Below, one piece after another: positions 28,594-37,260 of a DNA stretch of 43,147 nucleotides. Source of the DNA: an uncultured Megasphaera sp. (GTDB lineage: Bacteria; Bacillota; Negativicutes; Veillonellales; Megasphaeraceae); assembly GCA_902464195.1 (NCBI GenBank), contig CABQJB010000001.1:1-43147 (forward strand). Direction: 5' to 3'. Below the pieces are notes generated by a model. The model searched no databases. It saw only the letters and a program-made list of their open reading frames with translations, and was not told the origin of the DNA. The stretch's first letter is position 1. Each line of letters begins with the position of its first letter. A program made the translations under genes and the position numbers.

Positions 28594-29301
28594 TCACTCC
28601 TGGATAGCCGTTTCCAAGGCAATGCGGATCATATCGTCAAAGGACGTCTGCCGTTCTTCCGGTGTGCAGGCTTCGCCCGTCAGCAAGTGGTCGCTGACCG
28701 TGAACAGTCCCAGGGCCTGGGCACCGTATTTAGCAGCCAGCGTATAGAGGCCGGCCGTTTCCATTTCGACGGCCATGATACCGTACTGGGTCAATTTATC
28801 GTTGTCGATTTCGTCATCGTAGAAGCGGTCGACAGAGACGATATTGCCGACCCGTGCCGGGATGCCCTGCTGGACCGACTGTTCATAAGCCTGGCGCAGA
28901 AGGGTGAAATCGGCCAGCGGTGCATAGTTGATGGAACCGCCGAAGATGTTGCGGATAATCGACGAGTCCGTCGTGGCCCCCTGGGCGATGATGACGTCGC
29001 GGAGCTTGATGTCTTTGCGCATGGCCCCGCAGGTACCGACGCGGATGAGCTTCTTCACGCCGTAATCGCGCATGAGTTCCGTCGCATAGATGGAAATGGA
29101 CGGAATACCCATGCCCGTACCCTGGACGGACAGGCGGACACCTTTATAAGTCCCCGTATAACCGAGGATGTTGCGGATATCCGTATAGCAGACAGGATCG
29201 TCTAAAAATGTTTCAGCAATATATTTAGCCCGCAGGGGATCGCCGGGAAGCAAGATGAGGTCGGCGATTTCACCGTCACGAGCAGCAATATGAAGACTCA
29301 T
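28594..29301 (-). CDS. deoD: Purine nucleoside phosphorylase (DeoD type)
   Basis: [41 protein letters not shown]. Confidence 0.95.
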   Translation of the reverse strand: MSLHIAARDGEIADLILLPGDPLRAKYIAETFLDDPVCYTDIRNILGYTGTYKGVRLSVQGTGMGIPSISIYATELMRDYGVKKLIRVGTCGAMRKDIKLRDVIIAQGATTDSSIIRNIFGGSINYAPLADFTLLRQAYEQSVQQGIPARVGNIVSVDRFYDDEIDNDKLTQYGIMAVEMETAGLYTLAAKYGAQALGLFTVSDHLLTGEACTPEERQTSFDDMIRIALETAIQE

Positions 29302-29331
29302 GATAATTTCCTCCTTAAAATAAGCATATCT

Positions 29332-29376
29332 GTATTATACCACATGGTTTGAAAATGGCTATCTCTATGCTACAAT
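29332..29376. promoter_or_regulatory. Divergent extended -10 promoters for the deoD operon (-) and DUF4931 operon (+)
   Basis: Minus: TGgTATAAT (~29342-29334). Plus: TTGAAA then TGcTACAAT (29349-29376). Confidence 0.55.
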
Positions 29377-29406
29377 GTATAGTAGGTATCAAAAGGAGCG
29401 GTCATC

Positions 29407-30195
29407 ATGAATGAAAATCCCTTATCTCACATTTTGGAATATAATCTGGACCTGGGCAAAACCAAGCCCGACACGGTCCATCGCGATGAAAAGTATTGCC
29501 CCTTCTGCGACGTAGCCCACTTGAAGAACGTCATGGAAAAACGGGGCCCTATGATCTGGCTGGAAAATGCCTACCCCGTCCTCAAGGATTCGTGGCAGAC
29601 GCTGATCATCGAAAGCGATGACTGCGATGGCGAATTTTCATCGTATACGCCGGAATACGCCTTGAAACTCATCGAATTCGGCCTGGAAAAATGGCAGCAA
29701 GTCAAAGACATGGGGAAATTCCGGTCCGTCGTCTTCTACCGCAACCACGGCTATATGGCAGGCGGCACGATTCACCACCCCCACTCGCAGATTGTCGGCT
29801 TCAAGGACTACGACTATCACGACGACATCAAGCCCTTCCACTTCGTCGGACCTTCCATCATCGAAGAAGACGGCCTGACGGTCAACTTGTCCCAGCGCCC
29901 GATCATCGGCTTTTACGAAGTAAACCTCATCCTCAAAGACCGGGGAAAGCTGGGAAAATTCGTCCGCTATATGCAGCTGACGGCAGATTATTTCATGCAC
30001 TCCTTTGTCAGCTTCAACGACAGTTATAATATCTTTTTCTATGACTTCCCGGCTGACGATGCCTTGTATGTCAAAATTATCCCGCGCTTTCTGACCAACC
30101 CCCTCTACGTAGGCTATATGATTCCCCAAATCGCCAACGGAGGCCATTCAGCGCGCTTCATTCATGCCTTGCAGCAGCGCTTGCATGAAGAATAA
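29407..30195 (+). CDS. DUF4931-like protein (GalT/HIT-like fold)
   Basis: CPFC, LEN.YPVL, QTLIIE, N.G...GGTIHHPHSQI (HxHxQ). Confidence 0.75.
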   Translation: MNENPLSHILEYNLDLGKTKPDTVHRDEKYCPFCDVAHLKNVMEKRGPMIWLENAYPVLKDSWQTLIIESDDCDGEFSSYTPEYALKLIEFGLEKWQQVKDMGKFRSVVFYRNHGYMAGGTIHHPHSQIVGFKDYDYHDDIKPFHFVGPSIIEEDGLTVNLSQRPIIGFYEVNLILKDRGKLGKFVRYMQLTADYFMHSFVSFNDSYNIFFYDFPADDALYVKIIPRFLTNPLYVGYMIPQIANGGHSARFIHALQQRLHEE

Positions 30196-30218
30196 GAAAG
30201 GACGGTTATTACAACTCT

Positions 30219-30947
30219 ATGCGTTTATTTGCAATCGGTGATCTACATTTATCAGGTAATCCTCCCAAAAAACCGATGGAAGTCTTCGGCAGCCGCTGGA
30301 AGAACCATTGGCAGCGCATCGCCGCCGACTGGAAGAGCCGCGTCACAGATGACGACGTCGTCCTCATCGCCGGCGACACATCGTGGGCCATGCACCTCAA
30401 AGAGGCCCAGGAAGACCTGGACCAGATACGGGCCCTGCCGGGTAAAAAAATCATAATCCGCGGCAACCACGATTACTGGTGGGAAAGTGCGGGCAAGCTG
30501 AACCGGATGGACGCCGAGAATAATATGCAGTACCTCTACGGCTCGACAGCCGTCCTGGGCGATAAGGACATCGCCATCTGCGGCACCCACGGCTGGGTCT
30601 GCCCGGGCGACATCCACTACCAGGAAGACCGCGACGCCAAGCCCTACAGGAGGGAACTCCTGCGCGTCGAACGGACACTGCAGGAAGCCGAAGCCCTGCA
30701 GTGCAAGCACACCATCCTCCTGCTCCACTATCCGCCGGTCTGCGACCTGACCAAGCCCAGCGGCTTTACGGAACTCCTGGAAAAATATCACGTCCCGCTC
30801 TGCGTCTTCGGCCATCTCCACGGCATGCAGCCTGGGACTATGTTCCCGCGCCGCTACAACGGGACGCTGCTCCAGCTCGTCTCGGCGGACTACCGGGACT
30901 GCAAGCTCTTAGAAATCAAATTCGACGGACAGGAGGCTCTGCGATGA
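30219..30947 (+). CDS. Calcineurin-like metallophosphoesterase
   Basis: DLH, GD.SW, GNHDYWW, LHYPP, GHLH. Confidence 0.88.
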   Translation: MRLFAIGDLHLSGNPPKKPMEVFGSRWKNHWQRIAADWKSRVTDDDVVLIAGDTSWAMHLKEAQEDLDQIRALPGKKIIIRGNHDYWWESAGKLNRMDAENNMQYLYGSTAVLGDKDIAICGTHGWVCPGDIHYQEDRDAKPYRRELLRVERTLQEAEALQCKHTILLLHYPPVCDLTKPSGFTELLEKYHVPLCVFGHLHGMQPGTMFPRRYNGTLLQLVSADYRDCKLLEIKFDGQEALR

Positions 30948-31174
30948 GTCAAATAGCAAAAAAACATCTCTTAGCCGGCATCATCTTCGGCGACGCCGAA
31001 ACAGGCGAATACATCTATCTCCCTGGCGGCGAAGTCGGGACAGACCATCCGCTCTGCGTCTTTGAACACGACGGCCAGAAAGAAGACGTCGACCTGGACC
31101 AGGCGGGCTACCTCGTCGACCACCTGACCTTGAAAAAATGCAGCCACCCCACGTTAGGCAAGCGGTCGTTCTGA
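30944..31174 (+). CDS. Hypothetical 76-aa protein
   Basis: AGGAGG RBS, ATGA overlap with the upstream stop, followed by a terminator; MSQIAKKHLLAG... Confidence 0.75.
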   Translation: MSQIAKKHLLAGIIFGDAETGEYIYLPGGEVGTDHPLCVFEHDGQKEDVDLDQAGYLVDHLTLKKCSHPTLGKRSF

Positions 31175-31178
31175 TGAG

Positions 31179-31210
31179 AAAGGGCTTGTCGCACGACGAC
31201 AAGTCCTTTT
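31179..31210 (+). terminator. Intrinsic terminator (repeated hairpin family)
   Basis: AAAGGGCTTGTCG-CACGA-CGACAAGTCCTTTT; near-identical to 37145-37178 and related to 41847-41890. Confidence 0.75.
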
Positions 31211-31270
31211 AAGTGGTTAGTGGCTAGCCGATGGTCTTAAATTTAAAGCCATTTTCTACAAACTATAAAG
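31211..31270. repeat. Composite intergenic repeat copy 3
   Basis: GTGGTTA GTGGCTA, core GATGGTCTTAAATTTAAAGCCATT (31230-31253), CTACAAA CTATAAA. Confidence 0.8.
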
Positions 31271-31271
31271 C

Positions 31272-31322
31272 AAAAGGGACTTCGCATGATGGCAAAAACC
31301 TTCATGCGAGATCCCTTTTTTT
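31272..31322. terminator. Hairpin, probable terminator for the convergent kinase gene
   Basis: AAAAGGGACTTCGCATGA...TCATGCGAGATCCCTTTTTTT; similar to 66-116. Confidence 0.65.
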
Positions 31323-31361
31323 ATCCCTTACAACGACGAACGACCTACGATAAACGCCGAA

Positions 31362-32897
31362 CTAGCTCTTTTTAATGGTGAACCAGAAGGTGACGCCGTC
31401 TTTTTCGTTGCGGACGCCATACTGTTCGCCGTGGAGCTTCACCAGGGCCGCGACGGTACCCAGGCCCAGGCCGTGGCCGCCGAAGATGCGTTTCGGGCTG
31501 CGGGCCCGGGACGAGTCGACCTTATAGAACGGCTCCCAGATGCGCTGCTGGTACTCTTCGTCGATGTGGCTGCCTTCATTGTAGACACAGATGCGATAGC
31601 GCGGCCCCAGGTCATCGACAAAGACGCGGATAGCCTTGCCGACCGGCGTATAGTCGATGGCATTGTTCAGGTAATTGGTCAGGATCATATTGATCCGTTC
31701 CGGGTCGCCATAGACGTTCATTTCAGCCGGCAGTTCCCAATTGGCCGTGATGCCTTTATCGGCAATGACCTTGGCAAAGCGGGCCTTGCTTTCTTCCGCC
31801 AGGGCCGTGAAATCAAAGACCGTCTGTTCCAGTTTGAAGGACCCCGTTTCCAGACGCGACAAGTTGAGCAGGTCCTTGACGAGCTTGTCCATTTTCTGGG
31901 TTTCACTGCGGATGACGGCACAGTAGCGCTGCTGCGTCTCCTTGTCGATATCCAGCGTGTCCAGTCCTTCAGCATAGCCCTGGATGATGGCCAAAGGCGT
32001 CTTCAACTCATGGGAGACAGCCGACAGGAAGGACTTGCGCATGTGTTCCACTTCCTTGGCCTTGTCGAGCTGCTTCTGCAATTCCGAATTGGACTGCTGC
32101 AAGGCCGTCAGGGCGACATTGAGCTGGTTAGACAGGGTATTGATGCTGTCACCGAGCTCGCCGATTTCATCGTTGAAACTCCCCTTCCAGCGCTTGGAAA
32201 AATCGAGGTGGGCCATGGCGACGGCCAGGTCCTTCAGTTCCAGCAGGGGCTGGGTCATGCGTTTCGTCAAAAGCATGGTCCCGATAATGGCCAGAACCAG
32301 CCAGATGAGGCCGCAGACGATGATGAACCGCTGGACAATGTAGATATTTTCCCGCATAGGTGCGACGGACTGGCTGATGATGACGTAAGCCCCGTCCTGA
32401 ACGCGGTCGATGAGGTTATAATGCTCAAAATCGGGCATATCCTTATAGAGCTGGACTTTTCCCAGTATATCTTCTTCAGGCTGTTTGCCATCGAGCAGAT
32501 CCCGGAGTTCGGCGATATGCATGGGCAGGCGGAAAGCCGGTTTTTCGGCAACGGCTTCATTTTCCTTTCCCTGGACGATGACTTCTTCATCCCTCATATC
32601 CTTCTCTGCCGGCAGATGGACCCGCCGGCCCGGCCGGGACGAATAGACCAGGCGGCCCTGGTCGACGATGAGCACGTCCAGGGCGTACTGCTGGCTCAGG
32701 GTATCCAGGGAACTTTCATCAGAACTGCCTTTTTCCCGGTAAATATCACTGATTTTCTGAGCCGCTTCGGCCATGGCTTCTTTCTTCATGGAATAATAGT
32801 AGCGGTCAAAACCGAAGCCAACGGCAGCCATGAGGGTGATGACGAAGAAAATCGTAAAACAGCCGACATAGAGACCGGCCTTAAATTTCAGCGACAA
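31362..32897 (-). CDS. Sensor histidine kinase (2 TM, HAMP, HisKA, HATPase)
   Basis: DEIG.L HAMP, SHELKTPL H-box, NYLNNA, FYKVD.SR, GHGLGL. Confidence 0.93.
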   Translation of the reverse strand: MSLKFKAGLYVGCFTIFFVITLMAAVGFGFDRYYYSMKKEAMAEAAQKISDIYREKGSSDESSLDTLSQQYALDVLIVDQGRLVYSSRPGRRVHLPAEKDMRDEEVIVQGKENEAVAEKPAFRLPMHIAELRDLLDGKQPEEDILGKVQLYKDMPDFEHYNLIDRVQDGAYVIISQSVAPMRENIYIVQRFIIVCGLIWLVLAIIGTMLLTKRMTQPLLELKDLAVAMAHLDFSKRWKGSFNDEIGELGDSINTLSNQLNVALTALQQSNSELQKQLDKAKEVEHMRKSFLSAVSHELKTPLAIIQGYAEGLDTLDIDKETQQRYCAVIRSETQKMDKLVKDLLNLSRLETGSFKLEQTVFDFTALAEESKARFAKVIADKGITANWELPAEMNVYGDPERINMILTNYLNNAIDYTPVGKAIRVFVDDLGPRYRICVYNEGSHIDEEYQQRIWEPFYKVDSSRARSPKRIFGGHGLGLGTVAALVKLHGEQYGVRNEKDGVTFWFTIKKS

Positions 32898-32908
32898 TCG
32901 TCCCTATT

Positions 32909-33574
32909 TCATTTGCCATCATAGCGGTAACCGTAGCCGCGGACCGTGCGGATATAACGGCCTTTATCGCCCAGCTTAATGCGCAGGCGGTTGATGTGCG
33001 TATCGACTGTGCGCAGATCACCATAGTAATCGTAATTCCATACCTGGTTGAGGATCTGGCGGCGGCTCAGGGCTTTGCCCGTATTGCTCATGAGGTAGTT
33101 GAGGAGCTTATATTCCGTCGGGCTCAGGTCGACGTTCTTGCCGTCAAGGACGACCTGGCGGGCATCGCGGTCAATAGCGACGCCGTCGTCGGCTTCATGC
33201 GTTTCCTGTTCATTCTGGGAACGGCGCAGAAGGGCCTTGATCTTGGCGACCAAAATCTTCGGGCTGAAGGGCTTGGTGATATATTCATCGGCACCGAGGT
33301 CATAGGCGAAGAGCTGGTCGATTTCTTCCCCTTTCGCCGTCAGCATCATGATGGGGACCGTCGATTCGCGGCGGATTTCGCGGCACACCGTCCAACCGTC
33401 ATAGCCGGGCATCATGACATCCAGGAGAATGAGGTCCGGATGTTCCTTGTCGTAAATGTCCAGGGCTTCCTTGCCGTCGGACGCTTCCAGGATTTCATAG
33501 CCTTCAGGTTTCAAGAAGTCGATGACCAATTGGCGCATGAGCTGTTCATCATCTGCAATGAGTATTTTTTCCAT
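32909..33574 (-). CDS. OmpR-family response regulator; start moved to ATG 33574
   Basis: ILIADDE, LLDVMMP, LTAK, KPFS, RTVDTHI.RLR.K, TVRGYGY. Confidence 0.95.
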   Translation of the reverse strand: MEKILIADDEQLMRQLVIDFLKPEGYEILEASDGKEALDIYDKEHPDLILLDVMMPGYDGWTVCREIRRESTVPIMMLTAKGEEIDQLFAYDLGADEYITKPFSPKILVAKIKALLRRSQNEQETHEADDGVAIDRDARQVVLDGKNVDLSPTEYKLLNYLMSNTGKALSRRQILNQVWNYDYYGDLRTVDTHINRLRIKLGDKGRYIRTVRGYGYRYDGK

Positions 33575-33576
33575 AG

Positions 33577-34059
33577 TTACTTGTCCTTCTTTCTGATAGA
33601 GTCTGTATCCGGCAACCGGTCCAGCCAGTCGCCGATTGGCCGGCCGCAAAGGATGAGGTCCGGCGCCAGGTCCCGCAGGGGGACCAGGACGAAAGCCCGC
33701 TGTGTGAGATAAGGGTGGGGCAAGGTCAGCGTTTCTGTCTGACACGCCTCGTCCGGGCTGTAGACGAGGTCGATGTCAATGGTCCGGGCGCCCCATTTCT
33801 CATGGCGCACGCGACCCAAACGCTGTTCAATGGCCAGACAGGCATCGAGCAGCTTCTGTCCGGACAGTTCCGTTTCGACAGCCACAGCCCCGTTGATGAA
33901 GGCTGGCTGGTCGGTCTTGCCCCAGGGCGGTGTTTCATAAAAAGGAGAAACAGCCGTGACCGTCACGCCCGGCGTATCGGCCAGGAGGCGGACAGCCTGA
34001 CGAAGCGTCGCCATGCGGTCTCCTAGATTGGCGCCGATGCTGAGATAGAACTTAGCCAT
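33577..34059 (-). CDS. folK: 6-hydroxymethyl-7,8-dihydropterin pyrophosphokinase
   Basis: LSIGANLGD, YET.PWG, FIN, RTIDID, LPHP...RAFVL.PL. Confidence 0.93.
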   Translation of the reverse strand: MAKFYLSIGANLGDRMATLRQAVRLLADTPGVTVTAVSPFYETPPWGKTDQPAFINGAVAVETELSGQKLLDACLAIEQRLGRVRHEKWGARTIDIDLVYSPDEACQTETLTLPHPYLTQRAFVLVPLRDLAPDLILCGRPIGDWLDRLPDTDSIRKKDK

Positions 34060-34417
34060 GGCGCCGCCTTTCCAGGACGACAGCCGCGTCTTCAAAAGGC
34101 CCGCCGATGGGCGCCTGCGGCTTGTGGACGGTCACAGTCAGGGCCTGGACCGGAGGGAACTGTGCCAGAATGCGGTCGGCAATGACCTGGCCGACCCGTT
34201 CGATGAGGTCATACGACGGCCCTTCGACAACGGCCTTGACGACGCCATAAACGGCGCTGTAGTCGACGGTCTGCATCAGGTCGTCGGTCTGACCGGCCCG
34301 TTCCAGGTCCGTTTCCAGCACCAGGTCGACGTGAAAGGGCTGGCCATGGTGCTTTTCTTCAGGCAGACAGCCGTGATAGCCATAGAAATGAAGTCCCGTC
34401 AGGACGATTTTATCCAT
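34052..34417 (-). CDS. folB: Dihydroneopterin aldolase
   Basis: MDKI.L.GL.FYGYHG...EE...GQ.F, TVDYS, LIE, KP.API. Confidence 0.93.
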   Translation of the reverse strand: MDKIVLTGLHFYGYHGCLPEEKHHGQPFHVDLVLETDLERAGQTDDLMQTVDYSAVYGVVKAVVEGPSYDLIERVGQVIADRILAQFPPVQALTVTVHKPQAPIGGPFEDAAVVLERRRHG

Positions 34418-34985
34418 CTTTTTCCTCCTCCATGAGCAGTTTCCAAGCCTGATCATAAGCGGCTGTCCCTTCCTTCAGGCAGCCTGACGATGCCGTCGTC
34501 ACGATATTCGAATCGATGGCCAGGCGGTCGCGCATAGTCAGGCACAGATGGGTCGCCTGGACGACGATCAACACACCTTCCGGATCGAGGCCGCGGCGGA
34601 TGGACTGGCACAGTTCGTCAGTCATCCTTTCCTGGAGCTGGGGCCGCCGGGCCAGGATATCGACGGCGCGGACAAAATGGCCAAAGCCGGCAATGGTCCC
34701 CTTTTTCGGATAATACGCCACATGGACGGAGCCGAAAAAAGGCAGCAGGTGGTGTTCGCACATGGAATGGAAGCGGATGTTGCGGACGACGACCAGGCCA
34801 TCGGTCTGGGTCACAATGGGAGCCTGCCACTCGTCATCGGGATTTTCCTTGAGGCCTGAAAAAAACTCAGCAAAAGCCTGGGCCACGCGGTGCGGCGTCT
34901 TTTCCATCCCCAGGGCCTGGAGATCCAGTCCCAGGGCTTCTAAGAACTGCCGCATCGCAGCCACGGCTCTTTCATTTTCTTCCAA
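34410..34985 (-). CDS. folE: GTP cyclohydrolase I family protein (divergent)
   Basis: TP.RVA, SMCEHHLLPF, R.QLQER, HLC; GLSK motif replaced by GFGH. Confidence 0.8.
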   Translation of the reverse strand: MEENERAVAAMRQFLEALGLDLQALGMEKTPHRVAQAFAEFFSGLKENPDDEWQAPIVTQTDGLVVVRNIRFHSMCEHHLLPFFGSVHVAYYPKKGTIAGFGHFVRAVDILARRPQLQERMTDELCQSIRRGLDPEGVLIVVQATHLCLTMRDRLAIDSNIVTTASSGCLKEGTAAYDQAWKLLMEEEKDG

Positions 34986-35006
34986 CGTAACTAGCTCCTC
35001 CTTTAT

Positions 35007-35414
35007 TTATAAAATGAAGTAATATGCAGCGATAAAGATAAGGCCGCCGATGATGATGAAAAAGGGACTGGCATACTGCTGCCAGACACTCTGTACGTGA
35101 TCGAGATAGATTTCCTGGGGATCCGCCGGGTTATAGCGCAAATCCAGTTCGTCACCAGCCGCATAATCCCATTCGGCATCGCCAAAGGCATAGCGCGCCT
35201 GATAGGTCTCGCCGTCTTTCGTCTGGAAACGGACGACGGGATAATACAAGGTCCCGCTCTTCATCTTCTTTTCTTCAAATCCGAGGAGCGTCCCTACAGC
35301 GGCGACCTTGCAGCGCCGCGTCATGCCGCGGAATTTCCAGCCGTGATAGGTCCCGACGGCGATGAACAGCACGCCGAGGATGGCCGGGAGATAATAAAAG
35401 ATATGCAGTAACAT
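35007..35414 (-). CDS. DUF3592-like membrane protein
   Basis: N- and C-terminal TMs; YYPVVRF...G, G..L..RYNP..P pattern. Confidence 0.7.
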   Translation of the reverse strand: MLLHIFYYLPAILGVLFIAVGTYHGWKFRGMTRRCKVAAVGTLLGFEEKKMKSGTLYYPVVRFQTKDGETYQARYAFGDAEWDYAAGDELDLRYNPADPQEIYLDHVQSVWQQYASPFFIIIGGLIFIAAYYFIL

Positions 35415-35427
35415 AATACCTTCCTTT

Positions 35428-35940
35428 CTATTCAGGACGAGAAGCGACGAAGCGGCTCACTTCCATGCCGATGACAGCCCCGATGACGCCCGTCACGATC
35501 TGAGGCCAGCTCATGGCAAACAAGAGCATATGCCGCACAGCCGGCGGAAAGGCGATGCAGGCAAAGAGCAGGTAGAAAGAGCCATAGAGGATGGCCGCCT
35601 TGCCCAGGGCGCCGCCGCAGAAAGCCGGCAAGCCATACCGCCGCCAGCGCCAGGCAGCCCAGACGTAGAAACTGTTGCCTAAGGCTACGGGAAAGACAAA
35701 GGGAAAAAAGGGCAGCATCCCTTCAAGCCAGGCAAAGACAGGCGTACAGGCGGCGACGACCAGGCCGGCCCGGCGGCCGATGGTGAGGACGGCCACGATG
35801 AGGCAGGCATTGACCAGGGAGCCGACGACGAACATACTGACCTGCGGCGGTATGGGGATGACCAGGCGCAGGCCCTGCAAGATCAGGGTCACGGCCAGGA
35901 TAAGCCCGGTACGGGTCACATTTTTTATATCTTCTGTCAT
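35428..35940 (-). CDS. ECF transporter S-component-like membrane protein; start moved to ATG 35940
   Basis: ~170 aa, 5-6 hydrophobic segments, GSLVNA.L and PQ..T motifs; GGAGG RBS. Confidence 0.65.
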   Translation of the reverse strand: MTEDIKNVTRTGLILAVTLILQGLRLVIPIPPQVSMFVVGSLVNACLIVAVLTIGRRAGLVVAACTPVFAWLEGMLPFFPFVFPVALGNSFYVWAAWRWRRYGLPAFCGGALGKAAILYGSFYLLFACIAFPPAVRHMLLFAMSWPQIVTGVIGAVIGMEVSRFVASRPE

Positions 35941-36029
35941 AAAGCCTCCCCTGTCCAAGCTGGAAAAATTTGTTATAATAGGATATGTCATTATCCTAAT
36001 TATCTTTATTGTATCTTTCGAGGTGTCAG

Positions 36030-37136
36030 ATGTCAAAACGATTCATTCATTCCATCAATTATATGCGCGGTCTCTGCATGCTCGGCGTCATCGCCATCCA
36101 CGTCGGATCCGTCGCTATCGTCAACCCGTCGCCCAATCTGGGACTGGTAGCCATCCTGGAAATCCTGTCCCGGTTTTCCGTACCGGCCTTCTTCTTCCTG
36201 TCGGCCTTCGGCATGTTCTACAGCCAGCCCCTGGACCGGCCCTTCGTCTATAAGGACTACCTGCGGCGCCGCCTGCGGACGGTCTTCGTCCCCTACCTGG
36301 CCTGGTCCCTGTTCTACATGGTCTACGTATCAGTCATCAGCCACAATTTCAGTGTCTTCCAGCCTTACGCCTTTTTCCGCACCTTATGGTACGGTCTGGC
36401 CATGTATCACATTTACTTCCTGGTCATCCTCTTGTGGTTCTACTTCCTCATGCCCCTGTGGCGGCCGCTGCTGCGCTTCATGGACAAGGCGCCGTGGCTT
36501 TCTTTTACGGTCCTCTTTTTCGCCAACATGGTCTTCAACTTCTATTCCAGCTATATCTGGACGGTCCATTCCGACAATCCCCTCATCCAGGACGCCTTCA
36601 ATTTTCGCTTGAACTACGTTGTCCTGCACTACCTGTTCATCTTCATGTTCGGCGCTTTTACGGCAGAACACTTCGCAGCCGTGACGGACTGGCTGAAACA
36701 CCATGGCACGCTGGTCAACGTCTTCCAGGCGGCGACGACGGCAGGCATGCTGGCAGCCTACTATGGCGTCATGTACTACCTGGGCTATGACCCCTTGTCG
36801 GCAGTCTTCACTATCCATCAGCTCAGCCCTATCGGCATGGCCTATACCCTGTCGACGATGCTCTTCCTCCTCTACTGGTGGGAATGCCGGCCTGTCCCGC
36901 AATGGATCCACAAGATCTTCTCCCTCCTTGGCGATTACTCGTATCCCATCTACCTGGTCCATCCCGTCTTCCTCAGCGCCTGCACGGGCCTGGCTGCCCA
37001 CTGGCATATCTACCTGCGGGCCGTCCACATCATCGCCATCTATGTCATCGTCACGGCCTGCGCCGCCGCCTATTCCTGGGTCGTCGTCGAACACAGGCTG
37101 CCGAAATGGCTCAGCATCTGCGTCAAAGGAAAGTAA
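36030..37136 (+). CDS. Acyltransferase-3 family membrane O-acyltransferase
   Basis: RG...LGVI.IH, VPAFFFLS, PY..WS, YHIYFL, SY.IYLVH; about 10 TMs. Confidence 0.88.
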   Translation: MSKRFIHSINYMRGLCMLGVIAIHVGSVAIVNPSPNLGLVAILEILSRFSVPAFFFLSAFGMFYSQPLDRPFVYKDYLRRRLRTVFVPYLAWSLFYMVYVSVISHNFSVFQPYAFFRTLWYGLAMYHIYFLVILLWFYFLMPLWRPLLRFMDKAPWLSFTVLFFANMVFNFYSSYIWTVHSDNPLIQDAFNFRLNYVVLHYLFIFMFGAFTAEHFAAVTDWLKHHGTLVNVFQAATTAGMLAAYYGVMYYLGYDPLSAVFTIHQLSPIGMAYTLSTMLFLLYWWECRPVPQWIHKIFSLLGDYSYPIYLVHPVFLSACTGLAAHWHIYLRAVHIIAIYVIVTACAAAYSWVVVEHRLPKWLSICVKGK

Positions 37137-37144
37137 CATCGTAT

Positions 37145-37178
37145 AAAAAGGGCTTGTCGCACGACGACAAGCCCTTTT
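37145..37178. terminator. Bidirectional intrinsic terminator (repeated hairpin family)
   Basis: AAAAAGGGCTTGTCG-CACGA-CGACAAGCCCTTTT between convergent genes. Confidence 0.8.
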
Positions 37179-37180
37179 AA

Positions 37181-37260
37181 GTTGTTAGTGGCTAGCAGTT
37201 AGTTGTTAGCGGATGGCTTTAAATTTAAAGGTTTTCTCTGAAAACTACAAACTCCCACAC
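37181..37260. repeat. Composite intergenic repeat copy 4
   Basis: GTTGTTA GTGGCTA GCAGTTA GTTGTTA, core GATGGCTTTAAATTTAAAG(GTTTT) at 37212-37235, then CTGAAAA CTACAAA. Confidence 0.8.
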
